DNA from: a virus
DNA length: 64,000 bases
Direction: 5' to 3' (one strand)
IMG/VR virus record: IMGVR_UViG_3300023174_000112
Coordinates: 1 to 64,000 of that record
Within the stretch, counting starts at the first letter, position 1, and each line of letters starts with the position of its first letter. The notes beneath the pieces were generated by a model. The model saw nothing but the letters and a program-made list of their open reading frames with translations. It searched no databases and was not told where the DNA came from. The translations under genes were made by a program, and so were the position numbers. Of this stretch, positions 9,967-19,486 are shown in pieces.

Positions 9967-10554
9967 ATGAGCGCATCATTTGTACTGGGCAACGGCGTCA
10001 GCAGACTGGCCGTGGATTTAAACCAACTAAAACAACGTGGAAAGATCTACGGGTGCAATGCCTTGTACAGAGAATTTGTGCCAGATGTGTTGATCAGCAC
10101 AGACAAAGCCATTGCTGGCGCCATACAAAATTCAGGCTATGCTCAAAGCAATCTCATGTACACTCGCAGACCCTTGCCAGGACTGGGGGCAAGAACTGTG
10201 CCCCAAAACTACTACGGCTATAGTTCAGGCCCTATTGCAGTGGCCATGGCAGCCCTGGAACGACCATTGGCTGTGTATCTCTTGGGGTTTGACATGGGGC
10301 CAAAGCCAGGCAACCGATTCAACAATGTTTACGCAGACACAGAATACTACAAAAAGAGTTCAGCGAATCCCACTTTCACTGGAAACTGGGTCAGGCAATT
10401 GGTCACAGTGACCAAAGATTTTCCCTTGATCAGTTTTCACCGTGTGACAGGCGATACCACAGCGTCAATTGCAGAGTTGGAAAATATTAAAAATCTGCAT
10501 CACATGCCCATGACAGACTTTGTTGACCGTATAAATAATCAAAAGGATCTTTAA
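9967..10554 (+). CDS. Rossmann-like protein resembling Maf/DUF115/GT42-type glycosyltransferase domains
   Basis: FVLGNGVSR, IYGCNALYR, PDVLISTD, SSGPIA and VYLLGFD motifs. Confidence 0.55.
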   Translation: MSASFVLGNGVSRLAVDLNQLKQRGKIYGCNALYREFVPDVLISTDKAIAGAIQNSGYAQSNLMYTRRPLPGLGARTVPQNYYGYSSGPIAVAMAALERPLAVYLLGFDMGPKPGNRFNNVYADTEYYKKSSANPTFTGNWVRQLVTVTKDFPLISFHRVTGDTTASIAELENIKNLHHMPMTDFVDRINNQKDL

Positions 10555-10770
10555 ATGTCAGCAGTCAAAAATGTCAACGGCGACTATACTATTCAAACCA
10601 CTGGCGCAGGCACAACTGTGGCAATCAACTCAACTGCATTGATTGTTCCTTCATACACCAATACCACTGCTAGAGATGCTGCTATCACCAGTCCAAAAAA
10701 AGGAATGATAGTGATAGCCGCCACCACTTTCTATGGCTACACTGGCGCTGCTTGGGTCGCATTAAATTAA
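10555..10770 (+). CDS. Small fibre-associated/virion protein
   Basis: 71 aa; TAAATA at 10532 and SD upstream; VPSYTNTTARDAAITSPKKGMIV motif of the kind seen in fibre proteins. Confidence 0.6.
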   Translation: MSAVKNVNGDYTIQTTGAGTTVAINSTALIVPSYTNTTARDAAITSPKKGMIVIAATTFYGYTGAAWVALN

Positions 10771-10828
10771 ACTGAAAAACTGTAATCTCGTGCTCTGGTA
10801 AATACAACTAAGAGGACGAAATTTACCT

Positions 10829-13800
10829 ATGGCACAGCAGATCATCAACACCGGTGCAAACGCAAACGACGGCACCGGTGAACCCTTACGTGAAGCATTT
10901 ACCGCAGTAAATGACAACTTCACGGAGATCTACACCGCCGGCCCAGTAGGCACAGATGTACGCATTGTTGGTAATACAATTACCACTCTGCAGATCAATC
11001 AGAATCTAACACTCAAGCCCAACGGCATCGGGTTAATTCAAGCCAATGCCACAGTAGTCCCCAGTGTAAATCTAGTATATGATTTGGGTTCTCCCACCAA
11101 GCAATGGGACAGCGTTTATGCTGGATACTTCATTGGTAATGGCGCATTACTAACAGGCGTTGTTGGTGGCAATGCAAGCAACAGTTTCTCAACCATCTCA
11201 GCCAATGGCATCAACATTGTAGCAAATTCTTCCACTGGTGTTCTTACATTAACTCCTGGCAACAACATTACCATTGTTGGTTCTGCTGGATCAAACACCG
11301 TAACGTTTGGAGTATCAGCTTCTCCTAGTTTTTCTGGCAATGTCTCTGGTGGTAATTTTTTAACTGGTGGCACAGTCAGTGCTGCTGGCAACATAACTGG
11401 TGCTAACTTACGCACCACTGGATCAATTTCCACTGCTGGCAATATCACAGCCAACAACATTGTGTTCAGTGGCAACTTGGTTGGCAACATATCTACCACT
11501 GGCAACATCATTGCTGGCAATGTGATATCCACGCAGGCCATAATTGCCGCGTCAGACATCACTTCGGCGGCCAACATCACAGGCAATTACATTTTTGGTA
11601 ATGGTGCATTTTTAACTGGCATTTCGGGCGGTGCTGGCAATTACAGCAATGCTAACGTTTCTGCATTCTTGCCCACATACACTGGCAATGTTTCTGGTGC
11701 TTATTTCATAGGCAATGGTAGTCAGTTAACTTCCGTCACTGGTGCCAATGTTGTGGGCATAGTGTCAAGAGCCAACATTGCCAATGTGGCATATTCAGTT
11801 GCTGGCGCCAACGTTACAGGCACGGTAGACAATGCCAACTATGCTGGCTTTGCCAATCTTGCGTATACTGCATACGGCAATGGCATCATTGGTTCTGTGG
11901 CCACAGCCAACATTGCCAATGTGGCATATTCAGTATCAGGTGCCAATGTGGTGGGCACTGTGGCCAATGCCACCTACGCTGTCACCGCCGGAACAGCTAC
12001 CACTGCCAACACTGCCAATACTGCTAATCGAGCCAATATTGCCAATGTGGCATATTCAGTTGCTGGAGCCAATGTCACAGGCAATGTGGCCAATGCCACC
12101 TATGCTGAATTTGCCAATTTGGCATACTATGCATATGGCAATGGCATTATTGGATCAGTCGGCAGTGCTAACACAGCCAACATTGCCAATGTGGCATACT
12201 CAGTATCAGGTGCCAATGTTGTGGGCACTGTGGCCAACGCCACTTATGCTGTGTCAGCAGGTTCAGCAGGTTCAGCCAACACCGCCGGCCAGGCCAATAT
12301 TGCCAACATTGCCAATGTGGCATATTCAGTTGCTGGAGCCAATGTCACAGGCAATGTGGCCAATGCCACCTATGCTGAATTTGCCAATCTTGCATACTAT
12401 GCATATGGCAATGGCATTATTGGTTCAGTCGGCAGTGCTAATACTGCCAACATTGCCAACATTGCTAATGTGGCATACTCAGTTTCAGGAGCCAATGTTG
12501 TAGGCACAGTTGCCAATGCCACCTATGCGGTCACAGCAGGATCAGCCAACACTGCCAACCGAGCCAACATTGCCAACGTGGCATACTCGGTTGCAGGGGC
12601 TAACGTCACAGGCAACGTGGCCAATGCCACCTACGCTGAATATGCCAATCTTGCATACTATGCCTGGGGCAATGGTATTGTTGGACAAATTAGTACAACC
12701 AGCAACATCATTGCTGGCAATATTTCAACCACAGGTAATGTTACCAGCACATATTTCTTAGGCAATGGATCACAACTCACCGGCGTTGTTGCCACTGATG
12801 TTGGAGTATTGCCCAGTCTCAGTGTCACTGGCAATGCACAAATTGGCAACGTAAGAACAGCAGGACAAGTTAGTGCTGCTGGAAACGTTACCACAGGAAA
12901 TTATTTTGTAGGTAATGGCGCATTTTTAACAGGCATTGTGGCCAGTGCAGGCAGTGAAATATTATATGCCTGTAGCAGTGTAAGAATTGGTGGCGCCAAC
13001 GCCAATGTCACAGTCAGTGTCAATGCGGTGAGCAATGTGGCGGTGTTTACCACTGGTGGCATGTCTACCACGGGAAATATTATTGCCAACGCCAATGTTC
13101 TTGCCAATGGGCAGATATCAGCAGTAGGCAACGTCACTGGTAATTATATTTTTGGTAATGGCGCATTACTAACTGGAGTCATTACCAGTGTAGCCAACAT
13201 CAACAATGGCACAAGTAATGTTACTGTGGTCAGTTCAGGTGGTAACATCACTGTTGGAGTCAACGGCTCTGGCAACATAGTAGTTTTTGCCAACACTGGA
13301 GCCTATGTTGATGGGGTGGTCAGCGCAAGTGGCAACATAACAGCCAATTACTTCATTGGTAACGGATCACAACTGACTGGGGTTACTGCCGCTGGGGTCA
13401 ATGCCGCAGCATTAACAGGTACTACGTTAAGCTCAAATGTTTTATATTCGAGCTTGACACAAGTTGGCAACTTATCCAATTTAAGTATTGTTGGTAACAC
13501 AGTTGGTGGTAATTTATTAACAGCCGGTATAGTAAGCGCCGCAGGTAATATCTCAGCCAATTACTTTATTGGTAACGGATCACAACTGACTGGCATTGAT
13601 GCTACCAGTATTCAAAACGGCAACAGCAATGTAAAAGTTTATGCCAATGGCAATGTGTCAACATCAATAAATGGCACATCAAACATTGTAGTAGTGTCTG
13701 ACGCAGGACAATATGTTACAGGGGCAGTTTCCGCGTCAGGTAATATCACTGGTGCTAACTTAGTTACAAGTGGCCTGGCATCTGTCACTGGCAATATTAT

Positions 13801-16800
13801 TGGTGGTAATGTAAGCATCACAGGCGGCATGTTGGCATTTGCCAATGCTAATATTTCACAAACTAACCCGCTAGATTTAGCAATCACTGGTGCCTATCAA
13901 ATTAGTGTAAAACCAGCTGGCGGAACATATCAATGGACGTTTGGTAACGATGGTGCTTTAACTGGGGCAACTGGAGTTGGTGTCACTGGGTATCTATCAG
14001 CAGGCGGCAATGTAACTGGTGGCAATTTGTTAACAGGTGGCCTAATCAGCGCCACTGGTAATATTATTGGTAGTAATATTAACACCAGTAACATTCGACC
14101 CGTCACCGGCGGCCTAACAATCAGCACAGGGACTGGCAATTTAACACTACAACCTGCTGGCAACATTGTGTTGGCCAACACCATTATCAACAGTGTAGCA
14201 TATCCGCAACAAGATCAAGATGCTGCCAGCAAGATATATGTTGACAACATGGTGTCAACTGGTTTGTCATATCACTCACCTGTGACAGCAGCCACCACCA
14301 CAACTTTGGCAATTACCACAGGCGGTACAATAACCTATACACAGCCCAATGGCATTGCCAACGGCATTGGGGCACTGCTGACCACCACTGGCAGCTTCAA
14401 TTTAATTGACACAGCCAACGTGCAAACAGTTGGCATACGCATCTTGGTTAAAAATGAAGGCAACGCAGTATACAATGGCGTGTATACCTGGGCAAATGCC
14501 ACTAACATTGTGCGTTCAACTGACACAGACCAATACGGACCAGACAGCACAGAAGCGTTGAGCCTCAACGACTATTTCTTTGTTCAAAGTGGTAACATCA
14601 ACAAAGGTGGCGCTTGGGTGGTCAGCGCACCCCCTGGCACAATCACTTTTGGCTCAAGCAATATTGAATTCAGTCAGTTCAGTAGTTCACAAACATACAC
14701 TGCCAACACCTCAGCTGGTATAAGTCTGGCAGGCACTCAAATCAATGCCAAAGTTGATGAGAATACCACATCATTTGACGGTGGTGGCAATATCATTGTC
14801 AAAGCTGGTGCAAATCTCACAACACCCAACATTGGTGCAGCCACTGGTACAAGTTTGAGTTTGACTGGCAATGCAACCGCTGGTAATCTAAATGCTGTTG
14901 GCCTGAGTTTGAGTGGCAATGTAGTATCAACACTCAATGTCACTGGTAACATTGCTGGCGGTAACATCACAACACCTGGACTGATCTCTGCCACGGGCAA
15001 TATATCTGGTAATTATTTCCTTGGTAATGGTAGTCAACTCACTGGTGTTATTGCAGCCGGAGGCCAAGGCAATACCATTACATTGGGCACACCCACAGAC
15101 GGTAATCTCACAGGTAATGACGTTGCTTATCAAGGTTGGACCACTAGTACTTTTGTCACTGATGGCCTTGACGACTTGAACCAAGTGGCGCTGAACATTG
15201 CCGGCAATACTTTTGTGGGCAACACCTACATCACTGCCAACGTGAGTTCAGGACCCAGCCCATTGAGCGTGGCGTTAACAGGTCGTTATATTGGCAACCC
15301 CAATGCGTACTTGTGGCAGTTCGGTGATGGTACCGCCAATGTGACCACAGCCAATGCTGTACATACATTTAGCAATGTGTCAGGCGGCACATTCACAGTG
15401 TCTTACACTGCGTACAACACCAATGGCACACACGCAGGCAATGCTGCCAATGGAGCCAAAGGGTCAACCAGCACAGCCACCACAACAATAACACTGTACA
15501 CTCCCACCCCAATACCGTCGTTTACAGCCAACAGAACCAGTTTGGATACTCCTGGCGATGTGCTCATAACCAACACCAGTCAGTACGCAGAGACATACTC
15601 AATCAACTGGGGTGATGGCACCATTGTTATTCCAGCCAACAACTGGACCACAGCCAGCCACACTTTCACCAATTCTTCAGCCAACACTGATACATTGTAT
15701 GGCGTTAATTTAACTGGCAACAGCGCCAATGCAGGTGCTTCTCCAGTGAGTGTGACATCGGCCAATACCAATGTCAAAGTGTATTCTTCTCAAGCCAGCA
15801 ATGTATTCTTCACAGCCAACGTGGCCAATGTGATCAACGGCGTTGGTACAATAAGTTTTAGAAACGATTCTAACGGTGCACCTGGTAACACAGCAAGTTT
15901 TGGCGCACAACAGTTGTACAGTTGGAATTATGGCGATGGCAACATCAGCAATGTCAACATCCAATCAGGTCTTGCTGGAAATCCTGGTGCAGCCAATGTC
16001 ACACACACATTTGCGCTGAGCGCTGCCAACCAGTCTGGCAACAAGTACGAACAATACACAGCAAATTTGTGGTTGTACACTGGTTACAGTACCAGTCCAT
16101 TCAAGAGTGGCAATGTTACCATTACCATTGAACCGCAGACACGTGCCAACTACATTGGAACCACTGCCAATGTGATCACAGATGCCACAGCCAACACAGG
16201 CAATGCCAGAGTGGGTTACTTGTACACAGACTACAATGGAGCCAACCGTTCAACATTTACATTCCAGAATACCAGCGAAAACAGCAACATCGCCAACTGG
16301 ACCTGGGGCGATGGCACATTCAGCAATGGTGTATCAAATGTGGGCAACGTTTTAAAGACCTATACCAGTACCGGTGCCAAAACAGTGACTTTGCAGGCCA
16401 ATGGTACTCCCAATGGCATTACCAACACTGCTCAAAGCAATTCTTACAGTGTGACTGGTTATATTTTTATTGCCAACAACCCCACAGCACCCACTGATCT
16501 CAGCGGATTTGCCAATTTGGCCATAGCCAACGCCAGTCAATTTACCAATGCACCGTTGTTGGCAGCCGGAGCGGCAGATGCCACAGGCGGAAATATTCCA
16601 GCCAACGGTGCATCGGTCACACGTTTTGCAACCACAACACCAATCATGACCTATGCCAACGTGGTCAACGCCAATACATCAACCACAGGCACATTGGCTG
16701 CCTATGTGAACAACGCCAACGCTGGCGGTGTGGCTCTCAGCGTGGCAGGCAACGCAGTCACAGCCAGTCCATACGGAGCATTGGTTGTGTCAGCTGACAG

Positions 16801-18127
16801 AGACTTGCACGTGGCCAATGCCGCAGTGCCCAGTTATTTCTACAAAGTGTTCAGCGCCAACATAAGTTGTGCCTTGGCCAGTTTGAGCACAGGCTACAAC
16901 AACTACAAACTGGTACATTCAACATCGGGCAACACCAACTATGTGGGATTTGTCAAAGACAACTTGAATTCAGCACCAACCTTGGTTACCAGCAATGTGG
17001 TCATGGTTGAAGCCACAGCTGGCACCTACAGATATATTTCAGGTATTCCTTACTACAACACAGGATCGCCAACCATTACCATTGCCAACGTAGAAGTGCA
17101 GAATTTGGCAGGGCAAACATACACCAGCACCACTCCATTCACCCTGGCCAGCGGCACAGTGCTTGAAGGTTCAGGTGCTGTGCTTTCAGCCAATCAGACC
17201 AAGACACTGGCACAGATTGACAATGCAGCCAACAGTATGTTGACCGGCAGCAACGTCAAAGCCAACATTGGCATTGGTACAAATTATACTCTAGGCAACT
17301 TGACTGCCACCCTGGGCGGCTCAAACAACAGCGTGAGCACATTGCAGGCCAACATATTGAATGTGATTGGTACCAGCACCACAGTGCAGTTGCCGGCCAA
17401 TGTGCAAATGTATGCAGGTGCCAACTCTGGCATAAACGAGCAGGCCATTGTTGCATCAACTGCAGGAAATACGCAAGTGGGTGTGCGCATTGTGATGAGC
17501 ACCGCAGGCAATACTCCGGTGTTTGATGGATCAATCAACTACTACACTGCCAATGCCTGGTCAGGAGCGCAAACCATTGCTGGAACTCCAGAAGCAGTCA
17601 CCCGTTACGGCAACGTCAAACACTTTGTCACAAACTTGGCCACCGGCTACTTGCCCGTGGGACCAAATTTAAACACTGGTAGATCAGGCACACAATACTT
17701 TACTTTTGCATTTAGAAGACCAAGCCTGGCCAACTTTGACATAATCTTGACCACAAGCACTGGCATTGCCGGCCTCTGGGTGGCATTGCCAGGCACCACA
17801 ATTGACACTGGTGGGTTCACATCTCCCACACCTGGGTATCCTGGTCCTACCAGTACCATCAATGGTTGGCTGGAAGGATTCACACAGAATCAAAATGCTG
17901 GAGTACCAGGTGCCAGTGCCACTGGTGGCAACCCCAGTGGTACCAATGGATGTGCGGTAACCGGCGCTGACGTAATTCCGTTAAATACAGCAATTAGCAA
18001 TCAGAGATATACCATGACCTTTGGTACAATGAATGCGTCATACAGCACCGGTAACAATATGTTGATTAGAATTGCACTGAGCAGTGGTCAAACACTGTCT
18101 GACTTACAGATAGGGCCAGCAACATAA
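10829..18127 (+). CDS. Giant baseplate/fibre protein (2432 aa): T4 gp9/gp10-like N-terminus, GN-rich repeats, PKD-like domains
   Basis: N-terminal INTGANANDGTGEPLREAF..VNDNFTEIY; YFxGNGxxLTG repeats; W-x-(F/W/Y)-GDG PKD-like motifs at about 15300-16320. Confidence 0.75.
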   Translation: MAQQIINTGANANDGTGEPLREAFTAVNDNFTEIYTAGPVGTDVRIVGNTITTLQINQNLTLKPNGIGLIQANATVVPSVNLVYDLGSPTKQWDSVYAGYFIGNGALLTGVVGGNASNSFSTISANGINIVANSSTGVLTLTPGNNITIVGSAGSNTVTFGVSASPSFSGNVSGGNFLTGGTVSAAGNITGANLRTTGSISTAGNITANNIVFSGNLVGNISTTGNIIAGNVISTQAIIAASDITSAANITGNYIFGNGAFLTGISGGAGNYSNANVSAFLPTYTGNVSGAYFIGNGSQLTSVTGANVVGIVSRANIANVAYSVAGANVTGTVDNANYAGFANLAYTAYGNGIIGSVATANIANVAYSVSGANVVGTVANATYAVTAGTATTANTANTANRANIANVAYSVAGANVTGNVANATYAEFANLAYYAYGNGIIGSVGSANTANIANVAYSVSGANVVGTVANATYAVSAGSAGSANTAGQANIANIANVAYSVAGANVTGNVANATYAEFANLAYYAYGNGIIGSVGSANTANIANIANVAYSVSGANVVGTVANATYAVTAGSANTANRANIANVAYSVAGANVTGNVANATYAEYANLAYYAWGNGIVGQISTTSNIIAGNISTTGNVTSTYFLGNGSQLTGVVATDVGVLPSLSVTGNAQIGNVRTAGQVSAAGNVTTGNYFVGNGAFLTGIVASAGSEILYACSSVRIGGANANVTVSVNAVSNVAVFTTGGMSTTGNIIANANVLANGQISAVGNVTGNYIFGNGALLTGVITSVANINNGTSNVTVVSSGGNITVGVNGSGNIVVFANTGAYVDGVVSASGNITANYFIGNGSQLTGVTAAGVNAAALTGTTLSSNVLYSSLTQVGNLSNLSIVGNTVGGNLLTAGIVSAAGNISANYFIGNGSQLTGIDATSIQNGNSNVKVYANGNVSTSINGTSNIVVVSDAGQYVTGAVSASGNITGANLVTSGLASVTGNIIGGNVSITGGMLAFANANISQTNPLDLAITGAYQISVKPAGGTYQWTFGNDGALTGATGVGVTGYLSAGGNVTGGNLLTGGLISATGNIIGSNINTSNIRPVTGGLTISTGTGNLTLQPAGNIVLANTIINSVAYPQQDQDAASKIYVDNMVSTGLSYHSPVTAATTTTLAITTGGTITYTQPNGIANGIGALLTTTGSFNLIDTANVQTVGIRILVKNEGNAVYNGVYTWANATNIVRSTDTDQYGPDSTEALSLNDYFFVQSGNINKGGAWVVSAPPGTITFGSSNIEFSQFSSSQTYTANTSAGISLAGTQINAKVDENTTSFDGGGNIIVKAGANLTTPNIGAATGTSLSLTGNATAGNLNAVGLSLSGNVVSTLNVTGNIAGGNITTPGLISATGNISGNYFLGNGSQLTGVIAAGGQGNTITLGTPTDGNLTGNDVAYQGWTTSTFVTDGLDDLNQVALNIAGNTFVGNTYITANVSSGPSPLSVALTGRYIGNPNAYLWQFGDGTANVTTANAVHTFSNVSGGTFTVSYTAYNTNGTHAGNAANGAKGSTSTATTTITLYTPTPIPSFTANRTSLDTPGDVLITNTSQYAETYSINWGDGTIVIPANNWTTASHTFTNSSANTDTLYGVNLTGNSANAGASPVSVTSANTNVKVYSSQASNVFFTANVANVINGVGTISFRNDSNGAPGNTASFGAQQLYSWNYGDGNISNVNIQSGLAGNPGAANVTHTFALSAANQSGNKYEQYTANLWLYTGYSTSPFKSGNVTITIEPQTRANYIGTTANVITDATANTGNARVGYLYTDYNGANRSTFTFQNTSENSNIANWTWGDGTFSNGVSNVGNVLKTYTSTGAKTVTLQANGTPNGITNTAQSNSYSVTGYIFIANNPTAPTDLSGFANLAIANASQFTNAPLLAAGAADATGGNIPANGASVTRFATTTPIMTYANVVNANTSTTGTLAAYVNNANAGGVALSVAGNAVTASPYGALVVSADRDLHVANAAVPSYFYKVFSANISCALASLSTGYNNYKLVHSTSGNTNYVGFVKDNLNSAPTLVTSNVVMVEATAGTYRYISGIPYYNTGSPTITIANVEVQNLAGQTYTSTTPFTLASGTVLEGSGAVLSANQTKTLAQIDNAANSMLTGSNVKANIGIGTNYTLGNLTATLGGSNNSVSTLQANILNVIGTSTTVQLPANVQMYAGANSGINEQAIVASTAGNTQVGVRIVMSTAGNTPVFDGSINYYTANAWSGAQTIAGTPEAVTRYGNVKHFVTNLATGYLPVGPNLNTGRSGTQYFTFAFRRPSLANFDIILTTSTGIAGLWVALPGTTIDTGGFTSPTPGYPGPTSTINGWLEGFTQNQNAGVPGASATGGNPSGTNGCAVTGADVIPLNTAISNQRYTMTFGTMNASYSTGNNMLIRIALSSGQTLSDLQIGPAT
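11770..12680 (+). repeat. Intragenic tandem repeats (ANIANVAYSVxGANVxGxVANATYA units)
   Basis: Alternating near-identical units visible in both DNA and protein; the differences inspected are mostly synonymous. Confidence 0.9.
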
Positions 18128-19458
18128 TGGCTGCCACATTTACTGAATCACAACAGCTAGACTATCTGTGGAAGAAGATTGGCTACGGGGTAGCCAAAAC
18201 AGCCGAACCGTCGGCATTGAATGCATCCAATGAGGCCACACCCAGTCCTCTTTTGTATCGCGGTGACTTGGTATGGGCACAAAGTGGTGATATTCCTGCT
18301 ACTCCTCCTGCATCAACCACCAGCATTGTACAAGTTTACACTGACACTGTTGCAGTACAAACCACAGAAATTCCCAGTGCTCCAGATAATCAAAGCTGGA
18401 CTACCAATTTAACCAACTGGATTCCCACGCAGTTTGGGCCCAACTATCTGGTACGAGTGTATGCTGGACCACCAGGTGCAGCCAACATACGAGCAACTGG
18501 TACACAATTAAATCAAAACGGGTCAGGCGTAGATGACACCTGGTTCTTTGACTATCAAGCTGGCATAGTAAACTTCAACGGTGCCAATATCCCAACCGCT
18601 ATTGGCACATCAACTGCCAACACCATATATGTCATGGGCTACAGATATGTGGGTGTCTATGGAGTTGACGGAACTGTCAAAAGTTCAATATCCAATGGCA
18701 CATCAAATGTAAGTGTGGTCAGTTCGGGTGGCAATGTTACTATAGGTATCAACGGCACCAGCAATGTGGCGGTTTTTGCTAACACGGGTGCGTATATTAC
18801 TGGACTGCTCAGTGCCACAGGCAACATACTTGGTGGAAATGTCATCAGCAATGCTGCAATATCTGCCCTGGGCAACATAATCAGCAACAACATAATTTCT
18901 GCACTGGGCAACATTGTTGGTGGCAATGTCATAACGTCAGGGGCAGTTAGTGCTGCCTCAATGAGTTCTTCGGGTAATATTACGGGCAATAACTTGAATG
19001 CCGCAGGATTGAGCTTGAGTTCAAATGTGGTATCAAATTTAAATGTCACAGCAAACATTGCTGGCGGCAATATCACAACACCAGGAATAATTTCTGCAGT
19101 GGGCAACATCGCCGGCAATTATTTCATTGGCAACGGCGTTGCATTAACAAGTACCCTGACAGATCGTGGGTCAGATTCTAATAATTGGAACACGCTGACT
19201 CAAATGGGCGTGTACACGGTAAATAGAACAAGTTGGGCTGGAACCACCAATACACCGTTGGACAGCCAGGTTTTTGTGGGGTTGTTAGAGGTAAAAAACA
19301 GTATGAATATGGCCATTGAACAAACTTTTTATCCCGGTACAATTGACAGTACCAATGTAAAAATGCAATGGACTCGTACCTATTGGAACGGCACCTGGGT
19401 GCCATGGGTATTGATGACAAATGATGGACAGACGCTGAGTGGCGGCGAGTTTTCTTAA
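18127..19458 (+). CDS. Tail fibre-like protein with a C-terminal knob-like domain
   Basis: GN repeats followed by NWNTLTQMGVY..GLLEV..QTFYP..WTRTYWNGTWVPW, resembling pyocin-knob-type fibre domains. Confidence 0.65.
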   Translation: MAATFTESQQLDYLWKKIGYGVAKTAEPSALNASNEATPSPLLYRGDLVWAQSGDIPATPPASTTSIVQVYTDTVAVQTTEIPSAPDNQSWTTNLTNWIPTQFGPNYLVRVYAGPPGAANIRATGTQLNQNGSGVDDTWFFDYQAGIVNFNGANIPTAIGTSTANTIYVMGYRYVGVYGVDGTVKSSISNGTSNVSVVSSGGNVTIGINGTSNVAVFANTGAYITGLLSATGNILGGNVISNAAISALGNIISNNIISALGNIVGGNVITSGAVSAASMSSSGNITGNNLNAAGLSLSSNVVSNLNVTANIAGGNITTPGIISAVGNIAGNYFIGNGVALTSTLTDRGSDSNNWNTLTQMGVYTVNRTSWAGTTNTPLDSQVFVGLLEVKNSMNMAIEQTFYPGTIDSTNVKMQWTRTYWNGTWVPWVLMTNDGQTLSGGEFS

Positions 19459-19486
19459 AATAAATACAGGATACAGGAAGATATAA

